Assembly (NCBI GenBank): GCA_964016885.1
Contig: OZ024746.1
Location: forward strand, 65,906,001-65,970,000
Source: Eledone cirrhosa
Taxonomy: Eukaryota
Direction of reading: 5' to 3'
DNA length: 64,000 nt
The position numbers and the translations under genes were made by a program. The notes below the pieces were generated by a model. It was not told where the DNA came from, made no database searches, and saw only the letters and a program-made list of their open reading frames with translations. Below, piece after piece: positions 24,846 through 39,717 of the stretch (within the stretch, counting starts at the first letter, position 1; the number at the start of each line of letters is the position of its first letter).

Positions 24846-25453
24846 TGATAAATACATGGTTAAATAGAAAGATAGAATGTATTCAATCAGCCCTTTCGAT
24901 GATATATGATGGTCAGTCTGTCCGTGTGTGTCAAATGTCTGTCTTTTCAACGAAACTAGAGGACTATCACCCACATGACGATATATACTCACCACGCTAC
25001 TGGAGTTTGATTTATGAGGATGTTGCTACATGGAATTTGTTAAAACTCGATTGTTTATTTTTCTGTATACATAACGAAACTTTCGCTTTTCTGTTTGCAA
25101 TACAATAATAAAAGAGTAAAGAATATACAAAAGTTAAAGAGTAAAGAAGCAAAATCAGAGGTATGCATGCGAAGGCAGATATACATATGACACGCGATGT
25201 TGATAATGAATAAGGAAAGAGGTAATGAAAGAAGGAGAAATGAAAACGAAAGAGTAGGCGTAAATAGTGATCTAATTTATGTGACTGTATCTTTTAATAT
25301 ACAGCTGCATACAAGACATATATACATTTATACATACACACACACACACATATATATATATATATCACATATATACGTATCACAAACAATTATTTATGTG
25401 TGCGTGACTGCGTTTGTGTGTAAGTATGCCTGGGTGTGCATGCATGTGCCTCA

Positions 25454-25561
<108 letters not shown>

Positions 25562-27046
25562 TGTCACATAAATGATACCAATGTGTGCGTTATATTTACT
25601 ATCTGATATGCGTGTCATTAAAATATAGTTTGAGAATTTTGCCAGAAGCCTACATCTATTCTATTTATAATTTTTTTTTTATTTTCATTTTAAATTAAGT
25701 GTACAACATTCGAACATTTTGACTGAGAGTAACTTAATTCATACATCACAGACAGTTAATTATGTTGCAGCCGTATTTAGTTATAAGAAGTGTATCATAA
25801 TTCGATCTAGCCGCTGGCTAAGTATATGCCTAAGACGTATAAAATTACCTCGGATATATATTTTAAGGATCACGAAACGAAAAAAAACATCATTGATGTG
25901 TTAATGTTTCTACCCATCTTATTAAAACAATAGTCAATTGGGTTTGATAAGGGGAAGATAAATATATGTTTTTTAAACATTTGTATTACAGGAACTTCAT
26001 TGCTTTTAGATCTGTTTCCTGTAATTTATTGAATTGCCACAGACGACAAACGTTTTTACGAAAAATGGAAGATTTATTTTCCTTTAGATCTGTTTTCTGT
26101 AATTTGTTGACATGTAGCAAATTAAAGCCGTCATACACTGCAGCCAGATTAAGTGCATTTGCCTGAGGACAACGTTTCGCTGTAAACAAAAACGACTATG
26201 ATCAAAGGTAGTCTAGCTGTTTTGATAGCCCAACATTATCCTATATGACCTTATCTGAAGCAAGTCCTCGACGTATGGTTATTTCACAGCTATTACATAA
26301 AGGCTGGTCGGATATTTCATGGATCTGAAAGATATGCTCTACATTTATTGTAACTTGCACAGGAATAAATATAACCATATTATATTAAATTTATAAAGAT
26401 CATTATTTTTTCTATTGTTTAGAGCAGTCAGGAGATTAGTGACCACAGACTTCAACAAGAATCTTCAGTCGTCTGTATCATAAAAGTTATCTAGAACTAC
26501 ATCATCTAACATGTTATTTGCTGTTAAAAGAAGGTCGAATTCAAAGTGAGGTAGGTTTAGTTGCCAAGTTAGCTTATCATGCTTTTCTGTATTTAGACTA
26601 ATATATTAGATGTTTATACAATTCAGACACGGACGCCGTATAATTCTTCAGCACCAAGATATAAATGGCCGGTCTCACACTTTATTGATCAGCAACACAT
26701 CTCTAATATGGTACAACTAATTTAATTTCTATATCCATTCAAACAAAAGACTAATAATTTGAGTTGAAAACTCTATTAATATATATCCGTGTAATTTAAT
26801 AATACTTTAAAATGAAGTATATTATTTTCAACATATCTTTTAATCGAATAGCATATTTTAACCTTCCTGTCCTGTAACGTGGCATTGGATGATGTTTCGT
26901 ATAGTTATGTTACACCAGTGAAGTCAGACAACGAAATAAAAGTATAGTTTTATCCTCGCAAGGTGATACAGTGTCTTAGGTCGTAAGCTCTTGATTGCCT
27001 TTATAAAATATGGTATGTTTTTATGGATAAACGAATACACTGCAAC

Positions 27047-27296
27047 TGTAATAACAATATAATCGAAACAAACGGCAATAACGTTACGTAACGGAACAAC
27101 AATCTTTTAAGAACCAACAAGCAAACTCGCTAACTCGAACTGACAACTTAACCTACAACTTTGATGACTATCAACACATGAACTGTGGAACTAGTACCAA
27201 CTTGCCCCCTTACTCAGGCCGCTACTATTTATATGTAGTGGTCCAGCCCATTCTCGACATGGTGGGTTGGGGGGGGGGGGGGGGTACTCTCGCACA
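27047..27296 (-). mobile_element. Possible solo LTR
   Basis: TGT...ACA termini, poly-C tract near one end, TATAAA on minus strand; no convincing TSD. Confidence 0.3.
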
Positions 27297-27949
27297 ACAG
27301 AATAACATTCGCCTTTTAGTTATGCCTGTCTTAAATGGTTTTATTCTTTCAAGGAAATTATGTCAGGTCACTCCTGTGCGCTACTACAAACATGTAAACC
27401 CAGTACAACCTGTCATATGGTCGGTTCAGTGGTGACTAAACGAGCAGCCCTACCAAGCTTGCTTGGTGAGAAGGGGATATTTTTACTCCCAGTGGGATGG
27501 AAACTAAGACATCAAATTACGGAAGAACTCAGGAAACTCAACAGCCATCCAATAGTGTGTAAACACATGGGTAGGCAATCTGACTGGAGAAAATGCGCAG
27601 CAGATTTTAAAACCGGAGTAGCGACCTTGGTGACAAAATTTCAAGTCACTAACGGCTTCATCCTTCTGATGAAAGCGGATGATCTGTGGCTCAGTAGCCA
27701 GAATCCGAGTAATGGTTAGGTGAGGATTCATTACCCACCGGCGTCAATGTTTTCCCTATGGGGTTTATAGACATAGAGCATTCTATAGATTAACATTGGT
27801 ACTATTGTGAGTGTTTTCCGAATCACACCAATTATGATGGGAAGAGACCAGACTAAGTTATAAGTATTAAAATCTCAATTGAGACGTGAATTGTATATAA
27901 CAAATAGTATTTGTGTTGATGATTTTCGCATGTATGTTTATTTTATATT

Positions 27950-28064
27950 AAATTTCAAATCCCGCAGAGGTTAACTTCGCCTTTCATCCTTATGGGGTCA
28001 ATAAAATGAAGTACCAGTAATGTACTGGGTAATTGCTGGCCTTGCGCCAAAAAGTAGAAACAAT
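27950..28064 (+). mobile_element. 5'-truncated SINE
   Basis: ttcaaatcccgcagaggttaacttcgcctttcatcc...gtaccagtaa...gtagaaacaat. Confidence 0.85.
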
Positions 28065-29823
28065 AAAATTTCTAATTATAGGATATATATATTTTATTTA
28101 AATATTCGAATTCTGAAAGAATGTTAAACTTTAAACTATCCAAAATCATGTATATTTACAGATGGAAAAAACAATACAGGTATAATGAAATATATCATAT
28201 CATGTATAAGGTTACAATGAAACATTGGAATCTGATGTTAAATTCGATGTTGCAATTGTGACATCTTTGAAGTATGTAATTCTTTTATTTGTTATATACA
28301 AAATGCCGATGTCTATCACATAGTTGGACCCTATATAAAAATGAAAATAGAGATTCTTTCATTTTCATTCTCAAGAATAGTCTCATTTATTCTTAAATTA
28401 GGTTAGGAACTGATTCAACAATAATGTAAAAAGAAACAAAACGAGTGCAAAATATATAGAATTAGTAAACAACACGTGGTAGAAATGGGATGTATGTGAT
28501 GTTCAAGTTTGATGAACAATTATCCAAAACATTACATATATTTTCGGTAAAACGTTACAATAATACCACATAATATGCAATTTTGGTTGTTTGCTTTTCT
28601 TCCTATGTTTCGTCCTTCATACATGTTACACATGATTTTTCTTTTATCACAGTGACAAAGACCTCTAGATATTAGCACATGCCTCAATTTGAGTTACACC
28701 AGAACTATGATTAATATCTTAGTTTCTACTCCCTTGACTATACATCTTCATAATAATTTTATAATTGTCACCTCAAATGAAGGAATCAATAAATAACGTC
28801 ATGTACATCAGAATCTATTAAAAGTTTTAATAGCTATCTCTAAAATTTAAATTGTTTCATCTTCCTAAAATTGTTTCCTCAGATGTATTAAGTACATAAA
28901 CAATTATGTCACGAAGAAATGTATTTATTTCATATTAACACTTTAAGTACTGTATATAATACCGGAAATATTTGCTAGGATATATGGTGTAAATATTCCT
29001 AAGTAGTTTAAAATGTTTGGCTCTTGTTTATATATATTATTTATATAAATTGTCAACTGTTGTTATGCAGTTAACACATTTTTGTCTGTGATAGTCTATT
29101 AACAATCGTATTGAAATTAAATCATTTGTTTTGATTAACCTCAATAGGAAAAATTAAGGTTCTATCTTTTATATAAACTAAGTGTGGGTATAAGCATATT
29201 TTGATCTAAGAAGATAATGTTATTGATATTTTGTGACATGTAGCAAATAACCTAGCCAGTAGTTATTTCTTCTTCTTAATCGTAATTTGATTTCAAGAAG
29301 CCAAGTCGTAAATTCATTTTCTATTTAGATTCTGCTCAATTTCGTTTAGTTTCCATTCTGTTTATATGACCGTAAAAAGAAAAAAAAAACGTTTTCTTGT
29401 CGATACTGATATACTTCACTTTTAACTGATTATATGTTATGAAGAAAACCTACTTAAGAAGTAACAGCCAACGGTTAAGTGTAATTGTGTTAACGGTAAA
29501 TTAAATAAAAATGCCATAAGTAACGGGGATAGACTCCATAAAATATTTAGTTTTGAAGGTGAAATATGACATAAGTGATTCAACCTATATATATTTTCAA
29601 AACAGTTCATTTTTTTACACCATCTCAAGCATACACAAGGCTGTTTTTAAATGTGTTAGACAAATATGTACGCTTAATAGCATTTCCTCCCGATTTGTTT
29701 TAATACCTTAAATGTTTAAATATTTAGTTAGCTTCTTAAATGTAAAAGAATTTGAAAATGAAACGTTGAATATATAAACGTTATACATATTTGTTCATAG
29801 GAAATGCAAGACGGCTCCATAAA

Positions 29824-31521
29824 CATGCCTTCAACTCTTTACGCCGGCATCATCTGCTCGAGTCCTGCCTCAGCCGAACCCCCTCTGCCTACCCATTGGC
29901 CTACCTGTCATACAGAGCCCCGAGCATGCTCCTTGCTGCTGATACGGTCATACCCTCGGCTACTGGGGTCCAACAGGGCGACCATTTGGGACCCCTCCTG
30001 TTCGCCCTTGGTATTGACCACATCGCCCGGAGTATCACGGCCCCTCTCAACGTTTGGTATCTGGATGATGCTACGTTGGGCAGGCCTGTACGGACGGTCT
30101 GCCCTGACCTTCAATCGGTGGTTCCTGCCCTGGCGGGAATCGGCCTCCAGGTCAAATCGGCCAAGTCGGATGTGGTGAACGTCAGCCTTGATGCTTCGAG
30201 CTTTGCAGCCTCCGTTTTGGACGTGCGGTCCATTCTCCGCCAGGTTCAGGTGACCCCCAAAGTGGATGTCCTCATCCTCGGGTCATCGATCCACCCGCCG
30301 GCCATCCACTCCACCATCATGTCCAGTCTTCAACAGATCCAGACTCTCACGAGCTAACTGGGCTTGATTGACGGCCACCCAGCTCTTTCTGCTGAGGAAC
30401 TGCTTCGCCATGCCTATGATCCTCTATACAATCCGCAGTACTCCATGCTACACCGAGACATTTCTCCGCGCTGACCTCGATACTTGCATCCGAGCAGCAG
30501 CCGAGGGGATATGCAACGTCAAGTTTGACGACATAGGGTGGCAACAGGCCAAATTACTAGTCAGCTATGGCGGCCTTGGCCACCGGTTCCCGATCTTACT
30601 AGCTTTGCCGGCGTATCTTTCGTCTGTAACGCCGTGCCCCCGTCCCTGTCAAGTTTCTTCAAACCACAACAGAACCCTCTGTGTTCAGAGAACGTGAGGC
30701 TGGGACTTAGCCCAGTAGACGTCCCTCCTCCTTCTCCCCTTGTTAACGTCAAATCCCCCCAACTTGGGACGTCATCGAGTGCAGCCTGGCCTCAGACAGG
30801 CTCACGCACAAGCTCGACAAGCACCGCCTTGCTTGTTTCCGTGCGGCCTCCAAACCCCACTGAGGTGCCTGGCTCCATGCCCTGCCACCCTTCTCCACTG
30901 GCATGCAGCTAGACAACCATAGACTGCGAATCAGCGTTTCCCTGAGGCTCGGCCCTCCGGATCTGCCAGCCACACCAATGTCGCTGCGGTTCCACCGTTG
31001 GCTCTTTCGGCGTCCACCCGCTTTCCTATCGCCACAGTTCCGGCCGCATTCCACGCCATGCTGCCCTCAACGAGGTCATTAAGCATGGCTTGGACGCTGC
31101 AGGCTTCCCTTCCCAGCTCGAGCCTGTGGGGATGCATCGAGGGGACGGCAAAAGGCCAGATGGCATGACCATCTTCCCGTTCCGCGGTGGCAAACCCGAC
31201 ACTTTCTGCAGTTGCAACTTGGTGCAGTCTCCGACTGACTCAGGTTCTGCTACACGTTGGGCTGAACGGGCCAAACTCATCAAATACCGGTCGCTCCCGA
31301 CAGGTTTGCGGTCGTACCCCTGGCAGTGGAAACTTCTGGTGTCCTCGACCCCAGAGCTATCTCCTTACTCACCACCATAGGCGCTGAACTGGCCAGCCGC
31401 AGGTGTGAGCCTCGCGAGTTGGAATGGCTTTTCCAGCGCGTCTCCGTTACCGTCCTCCGGGGAAACGCCCCCTCCATTTTGTCCACCGGATCTGTGGGTC
31501 GGCCCCATCGCGTACCGTTGT
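29824..31521 (+). pseudogene. 5'-truncated, decayed CRE-clade RLE non-LTR retrotransposon
   Basis: GC-rich island; AFNSLRR, GVQQGDHLGPLLFALG, WYLDDATL, GGLG, AWLHALP, SLRLG, RHAALN, GDGKRPDGMT, VETSG, LFQRVSVTVLRGNA; stops/frameshifts. Confidence 0.88.
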
Positions 31522-34500
31522 AGTTGTTGTATACAGATATTAACTCATCAATTCCACATTCTAGACCCGATACATAACATGACATTATGTAGCCAAAATA
31601 TCAGCCCACATGAAATTATTTGCGATAATGTTCAAAAACAGATTCATATATATTGACAAACATTCATACATTATATACTGTGTGAAGTATGTTTTTTTTG
31701 TTTCTTATATCTTAAAACATTATATGTATTGGCAATAGCTCTATCATTATCAATCATGACAAAGAATTTACTCTTTTTTAATACTTAAAATCTTTGGGGA
31801 TTTTTAAATGCCATGTTTATACAACTGTTCTGTTTTAATTTTCATAACAATCGATTAATATGCACATTTGGAATCTGGAAATGAAAATATACGATGTTTA
31901 ATTTGTTGGTACAGAGAATGAAAACATAGACTATGATCAGTGTACTTCAAAAGGAAATAAAAAAATAGAAAAAACTATTTATAAGGATCTATTTCGTAAA
32001 TACGTCAAAAGCACAAGGCAGGAGATAAATATATTTTCTTTTGGCTGTCTTTAAATGTTAATATAACCTTCCTTTATCTCATAATGTTAATCCTTTAGGT
32101 AATATTTCAATATGTATTTAAATGATGTGATATGGTAATGATCATACCATTTTAATACTACCGACTAATCCAACAGATATAATATTAATGCCAATCAATT
32201 TTACGGTTTCTAATATCATTAACAGTTTCTCTCGCGATATCGCTTGTTAGCTTGACAACACGATATTACTACCGACATTTGTCAACCAAAATACTTTTCT
32301 CTCCGCTTGAGTCTGAAAGTTGCCAAAATCCACTGGATACAATATAGGTTTTATTGTATTAAATATAAATATTCGTGGTGTGATATTGGCAAGATTAAAT
32401 GTGCACCATATGAGATAATGACAGCTTAACGTAAACACAATTCTATATTAATTATGTTGTTTTGTTTGGTGGATCAGTCATTTATGAGACTGGCTATTTT
32501 AAGTTCCCCAAGTTAAAAACCATTGATTATAGATCATGTGCAATACTTTGAGCCTTTAGCTTACAAATTGTGCATGCTAATTACTGTCAGATAAATTAAG
32601 TACAGTCAACTGGTATATATTTTCCTCAACCTAATTATTGATAATGTATCAGGAAGTTTAAAACTCTTACCGCAAATAATGAGGTATTCACTAACATACG
32701 AATAATTTCTGCAGAAATCATTAAAAATGATATTCCAATTGTTGCATGTATGGATGAATTCAGATTAAGTTGATAGACGGTAATATTAGCAAGATTTATA
32801 GCCTACTTAAACCTTCCCAATAGTGCTTTGAATCATTTTTGTGTTTTAAGTATCAACTAGTTTTGTGAAATCAGATGCTGTAATGCATTTTCGATTAATT
32901 GAAGATAGTAATAAAAGTGATATTTTATTATTTCAATTCTAGACATAATTTTCCTCTTAATTTTCATGTACAGTCTAAATATGTACTGACATTATTAATA
33001 ACATTCATACAAATGTCGTCGAGGTATTCCAACTTAAATGTTGTAAGGGCTGAATTGATGAATATAAAACTAAATTTGTTCATTTGTATCCAGATTTCTA
33101 CATTATAAATAGTTGTTTTATGCTTTCAACGTTTAACTCTATGTAGCTAACTTTAGTAACATATTTTTTAACTGAATCAATGCTCATAAAACTATAATTT
33201 TAATTTAGGTTTACCACATTTCTCTTCATAAAACAAGACATTTATTGGAATGAATTTATAAAGCAGCTTTAAGTTTGAACTATTGAGTCCGGAATTATAT
33301 TAAATATGGATCATAACGGTAAGTACCAGGTGAAACAAATCTTTTAAAGTTACTTAAATGAAATGGATTGGTTTGTCATATTTATTTGTCAGAATAACGT
33401 AATAACAAAAACAAAAACAAATACATACCGAAATCCAATCCAGAAACACAAAATACATGAATATACAGCACAGCGACAATTATCAAATTAACGACAATAT
33501 GCAGTCGCAATGCGTTAAAGAAATCCCCAAGAAAAGTGTAGATATATCTCTAGAATATTACCAAACATGAAGAGTATCGATTATGATATTCAATAATTTA
33601 AGGAGAATGAGTTGCTTTTTGATAAGGGAGGTGATGTCTATTTAAGTAGATGTTAATTTTTATGATATCTAAAATGTTAATCTGTAGTTGGATCATAAAA
33701 GATTACTTGTCATAACGGTGCAAATAACTATTGATTAGGGGACATTTCGGAGATACCTGAAAACTGTCTCCAACTGATCCGGTTTTATCCTCAAGGGAGA
33801 CGCGCCGGGCTGTTGGATGTTATTCACCAATCGACCGGTAGGTTTTGACTGTTTTGAACAACATCTTAATATATATGCCTATTGATTGATATTAATTAAC
33901 GTTTTCTGCCTATGATAATAATTGCACCTAAAATCCACACTTTGCTAAATATGTAACAAGTGTATTTTTAGTAGTGTATTTTTAGTAGCATTCACAATGT
34001 AGCGTCCGCACGGAGGTTTAATTTTAGCCATCAGTTATTGCAGTGACCTGTGCAATATAAATCAATGATTACCGTAAATATTGTATGTATTAAAAATAAT
34101 TACTAATATCTGAAAGTTATAGAATAATGAAATGGTAAAGGTATTTAGACAATACGTTGAATTTTAAGGTTTAATTATTATGACATGCAAACATGTTAAT
34201 GAATAGACATACATATTGCAAGAAACAAATAGTTGATATTCGGTGTTCTCAGTAAGCCTCTCAACAGAATTGAACAATTTTTATATAAGTTGACGCAATC
34301 CTGTATAATGTTATGCAGGGTGATATATAGGTTCAAGTTTAGAGTGAAAACATCTGTCAAACCTTTTTTTTAGTGTGAAGTAGTAAATATAAAGGATCAG
34401 AGAAGTGCTGGAAGAAGAATAGGTGAACATATTTCAATCATTTGTGAAAGTCTGTGAGCTTTTGTGGAAGGATAAACGCACAAAACCGTCTTCTAAATAT

Positions 34501-34566
34501 ATTAACCCTCCTGCCTCTCCGTCAATTTATAAATACATTTTGCGTTGTCATTATTTAAAAATATGT

Positions 34567-34754
34567 GGGGCGGTGGATTGGCAGTATCGGTAGAGGCTCA
34601 GACGCCATGCTTTGACGCATAGAGTTACGGCCCTTGCCATTCCGAGTTCAAATCCCGCCGAGGTTAACTTTGCCTTTCATCCTTACGGGGTCGATAAAAT
34701 AAAGTACCAGTAATACACTGGGTGATTGCTGGCCTTGTGCCAAAAGTAGAAACA
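34567..34754 (+). mobile_element. Full-length tRNA-derived SINE with ~17-bp TSD
   Basis: A-box tggcagtatcgg, B-box gagttcaaatcc, central gcctttcatcct-ggggtcgataaaataaagtaccag; TSD attatttaaaaatatgt (34550-34566) / attattttaaaatatgt (34755-34771). Confidence 0.93.
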
Positions 34755-36893
34755 ATTATTTTAAAATATGTATCTTATTCTGCCCATGCACACCATGAGC
34801 TCATTTCAATACGTGGCTCGTTCCAATACATTCGTTTGTAGCATTAATACTCTTACCAAATATAGTAATTCTAGAATGAAACAAGCAATGCACGTAATAA
34901 TTCATCTACGATACAATTATCCACAAACAATGTCATAAGTAACTCTTTGTATTTCTGGGAATTGTTTATAGTTATAAGACACGATTCCACCTTACACAAA
35001 CGAATTATGGAAACAATATGGTAATGTGAAATGCTTAGATACCTACGAATGACAAGATAATTCCCCATAGAAACAATTGCCCAGTAGTTAGTACATAACT
35101 CCCAGTTGTTTTAAGAGTTATGTCCGAAAAAGAGACATTACGTTTTAGAAGATTTCAAAGATGTGAATTGTAATTTCTTACTACATTTTTACCTTTTAGT
35201 GCACAGGAACACATTTGCATAACCTTTTACAATCACATGTAAACACAAATTTTATTTGCATTTTTTTTACATTTAAAATCGGATGATTGATGTGTTTAAT
35301 GTAGATGTATTTACTAAATCTATTGCTTTCCGTGTCATTTTTACATTAATTATTTATAAACTGCATTCAGGTATTACCTGCATATGATTTCAAAAAATTA
35401 TAGCATCCATAGAAGTACATTCTCAATACAAAATAGGTTATTAAATGTTTTATTATCCAGTTTTATTAGTAAAATTATAAAGAACGGCAAAATATATATA
35501 AAAAAACAGTCATTCTATAGGATTAATTTGAAACCACACAATACTGTTTACATGGAAGTCAAATCTGAATAGATGGAAACAAATGTTTTAATCTAAATAG
35601 AATGAATATCATTTTGATACATTTATTTCAAATTTATACACATAATACTTCGAGGAAAACTAGCAACATGAGTATAATATATGGACTATGTTTAGCTGTA
35701 ACAATAAACATTTGCATTCACGAACAAGAAGTTATTTGTTTTTTGCAAATCAAATTTGATAAACGTTCTAGTAAATCAACGTGAATGTCAGACTTTTGTG
35801 GCTGCATTTACTTCTATCATGCCAAGCCCTCACCTTTATTGTACTGAAAGAAATCGATTGGAGAGATTAGATGTATAAAGATTAGACACAAATGTAGGCG
35901 CTATGATTTCGGGTAAGAGTATTTTTACGAGTATTGGTTTTTCTAATATATAGGAAGATTAACAACTTCAAGTCAAAATTTTAACCGATAAATATAAATA
36001 TAGTTTAAAAAGTACTTTACACAAAAAAGCAAAATTTGAAAAGATATTCACAAAAATAGCTGATAATATTCTGTCATAGTAGATGGTTACAAGTCCATTT
36101 GAGTGGAATAATGATTTTTTTACAAAATTGAAATCTGATTAAAGTAATTTTATCGGTAAATATAGCTTCAAATTCAATTTACATTCAATTTGTATTATTT
36201 CCCCGCCCCTTTTTAGACGTGAAAAAGTCATATTTCCTACTTTTGCAACACCGATAAGGACGTATTTATTATTAGTAGGGCTTCAAGCAATGAAATATAT
36301 AATTATAATAATACAAAAATAAATTCAAAACAAATATCATTCGATGTTTCTAAACCTGTAGGAATTTTATGTAATAATAGGTTTCGAATATAATGTGGAT
36401 AACATTTTTTGTCTTGCAATTTCTTTTTTACGGTTACAACATTTATATTTTGGTTATGTCCATTGAAAGAGTAATTCAGACGTAACTAACAGCTATTTGC
36501 TATGAGTAATTATATCACAACATAAACATCAAACAAAATAGAACCAAATAATGAACATTTATGAATGGCGTCAATATACCTTTGAGGATCCTTACAAATT
36601 TAGCAGAAGAGATTTGTTATAGTAGGTATGGCGAGCTGTAACCTAATTCACATTCTAACTAGCTATATTTCGAAAGAGATAACATCTAAAATTTTAATAG
36701 ATATCCAGCATCCTATGCTTTAAATTTTTCAATGTTGATCAATATATCATACATTTATTGTTCAAATGACCCTGTCCAATACAACTTCCCTGTAAGATAT
36801 TAAATGTGACGTTCATAACTCTAATGGCAATCAGAACGTACAACTGATTATATAAGGTTATATATAAGGTTATATATAAGTTTATATATATAT

Positions 36894-36985
<92 letters not shown>

Positions 36986-36987
<2 letters not shown>

Positions 36988-37385
36988 CCCAAATTAATAT
37001 GGTTCGTTGATTAATCAACGAATACAATTTTACAATAGATTAGAAGCACTCGACAACAAATTTTCCTGGAGTATTTAATATTTTTCAAAATGTTAATAAA
37101 TTAAATATATTCTCATAACCAAAATATATAATTTATTATACATATTGCAAAGGTACAATGGTGTTTAAGTACGTTTTCATCAGACAAAATATAAGATGTG
37201 ATATGTGACATACCGCTACGGTTTTGATTATTCAATACCGGTATTAAAATTGAATAATCAAAATCGTATCAAATCTTATATTTTGTCTGATGAAAACGTA
37301 CTTAAACAACATTGTTCCTTTGAAATATGTATAATAAAATATATATTTTGATTATGAGAATATTTTTCATTTGTTAAAATTTTGA

Positions 37386-37390
<5 letters not shown>
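36986..37390 (-). mobile_element. Fold-back element family F with a hammerhead in each arm
   Basis: Arms ~37079-37236 / 37249-37390; tail 36986-37078 containing aagcactc (GAGTGCTT on minus); (TA)n flanks. Confidence 0.88.
37277..37343 (+). ncRNA. Type I hammerhead ribozyme motif (family F); inverted copy at ~37128-37193 has GAAA>GCAA
   Basis: TATATTTTGT-CTGATGA-AAAcGTAC...GTTCcTTT-GAAA-TATGTA-TA^-ATAAAATATA; 10-bp stem I with one G-U. Confidence 0.78.
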
Positions 37391-37419
<29 letters not shown>

Positions 37420-37701
37420 CGAAGAAGTTGAAGAATAAGAAGCAGACCGGAGGCTCAGAGGGAAGTAAAGGGTTTAATTAGCAACCCTGAATGGGTATGA
37501 ATACGATTTTAACATCGAAATTCATATCTCGATTATAATTGCTTTGCTTAAATTCGCACAATAAATATTAACGCTTCTAATATGTAACCCTGTCTGCACA
37601 AACATCGATCACTAAAGCACCTGCTTATGGCAATTAATTATCTGTATCGTCTCCTTCTATAACGCTTCTTGTCTCTATTCTCTCTCACGATACTGTAACA
37701 T

Positions 37702-37787
<86 letters not shown>

Positions 37788-37859
37788 AGTAAATAAAACT
37801 ATGTTTCAAGGATGATTCCCTACTTCTCTTTGACCCTTAAAACCTGATAGAGCCGCAGG

Positions 37860-38047
37860 GGTGCAGTAAGGGGAAGAGATTCAGAGGACGAATTGACCGC
37901 ATTACTAAACTGGTGTTATTTATCGATCTCGAAATAATGAAAGACAAAGCTGACATTGGCGGGATTTTAATTCAGAGACCAGAGAGCCGAAATAAATAAC
38001 TCCAAGCATTCCATCCGACGTTGTAACGACTCTGCCAATTCGTCGCC
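37860..38047 (-). mobile_element. Diverged SINE
   Basis: tttatcgatctcgaaataatgaaagacaaagctgac...ggcgggattttaattcagag...ctgccaattcgtcgcc matches the SINE consensus. Confidence 0.75.
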
Positions 38048-39374
38048 CTATACAATGATTAGAGTGTTGCTAAATACAGTTTCGTCCCTTACACCTGGCA
38101 TAGAAACAAACATAATATGTTTAGGGATTGTCACATTTGTTGAATCTTTCAAGCATTTCTGATGAACATTGCCAGCGTAAGGGAAGTGAATTGGCTTTAA
38201 GAGGAAATCTTTCTATATATTTGTTTGCAGGAAAAATGTTTGTGTGTGTCAGCAGGATATTGGAAGAAAGTAAACGGAAACAGGAATGGTGTTCAATAAA
38301 TAGAAAACAGTCAGAACGTTCAGAGCATTACTTAACTAGCTGTAGGAGAAATACGAAAGGTTTAGAATAGAAGCAGAAAGCTTATGAAGCTTTTGAAGGA
38401 AAGAGCAATTCAAAAAAATAACTAGAAGAAAAAGCAATAACACATATTAAATAATACATACTAAACATTGTTAAAGAAACGAGTTAATTATTCGTTTGAC
38501 GAATGGAAAGATTTATTACTAAAATGACTGTAAATGCAAGGAAGTGTTGGATAGATATAATAGAATGGGTAGAAAATTTAAGCTGATGCTTTGACTGAAA
38601 ATATTGGTATACCCTGAATAAATTGATAATGTTGTAGATGGTTATCTGATGAAAAAAATAAGAAGATGAATTCGAAAATCAAGTCTTGATCAAACACATC
38701 TTGATAAACACTGCATATCTCTGTACAACAAATGCGATTATAATACTGGATGTAGTTTAAAGTCGGACCTTAGGAAAGAATATGATACATTTTCTAATGC
38801 AGTTATATAAATGTAAATGCAATACATTGCATTCAATATGCAAAAGAACATGAATATATATATATTTGAAATATTAATTATTATGACTTGCATTTGATCC
38901 CTACGAAAAAGCAAATTCGCACGTCGTATCAAATGCACTTAAACACAGATATAACAATAAATAAATAAATAAATGATATTAATGAAAACGCTAGGATATA
39001 AATATTTGATTGTTAATACTATTATATGAACAACTTTTAAAATAATTGCTTAAAACCAGATTACAAGAACTAAATCTAAGTCATGTCTCTTAATTGAAAG
39101 TGAAAAGTGAAATGTTACTCAGTATCAAAGTTTTCGAAAACGACTATGCTTCAACTCACAAATCTCAGTATCACGTTTGTGGTCTGTTTAAAGGACCATC
39201 GGTGATATCTCGATTCAATGTCTCGTATTGGGCATATATACTTTGCTCGAAGGAAAATGGAGGAGATATGGCAGAATATCAGAAAGCGTGATTTATCTTT
39301 TGCCAGATAATATGTAAACGGATAAAGAACAAACTAGCATGTATCATTTCAGAATGACTGGGGATATAATATAC

Positions 39375-39717
39375 TTGTTTCTACCTTTGGCACAAGGCCA
39401 TCAATTATCCCAGTGCATTACTTGTACTTTATTTTATCGACCGCGTAAGGATAAAAGGCAAAGTTAATCCTGGCGGGATCTGAACTCAGAATGGCAAGGG
39501 CCGTAACTCTATGCGTCAAAGCATGGCGTCCGACCCTCTACCGGTACTGCCAATCCACCTTTCAACGTATATAATATAATTGTTTCTACTTTCGGCACAA
39601 GGCCAGCAATTACCCAGTACATTACTGGTACTTTATTTTATCGACCTCGTAAGGTTGAAAGGCAAAGTTAACCTTGGCGAGATTTGAAATCAGATCGTAA
39701 AGGGGCGTAACTATGCT
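39375..39717 (-). mobile_element. Two tandem SINE copies (39375-39559 full-length; 39580-39717 5'-truncated)
   Basis: Both match the reverse complement of the 34567 SINE. Confidence 0.92.

Noticed and set aside
26423-26550. Possible host exon (pyrimidine-rich tract + AG ... GAG|gtaggt)
   Set aside because: Stops in all three frames and no partner exons identified; could be a non-coding exon but cannot be supported without RNA data.
34567-34660. tRNA gene
   Set aside because: A/B boxes belong to a SINE head; no full cloverleaf, and it continues into the SINE body with TSDs.
37418-37700. Solo LTR between TA tracts (ends tgtaaca)
   Set aside because: Only one LTR-like terminus and no TSD; likely a repeat fragment but unassignable.
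38340-38740. Possible Penelope RT/GIY-YIG relic that could be the autonomous partner
   Set aside because: A-rich and vaguely coding-like, but no diagnostic motif could be read in any frame.
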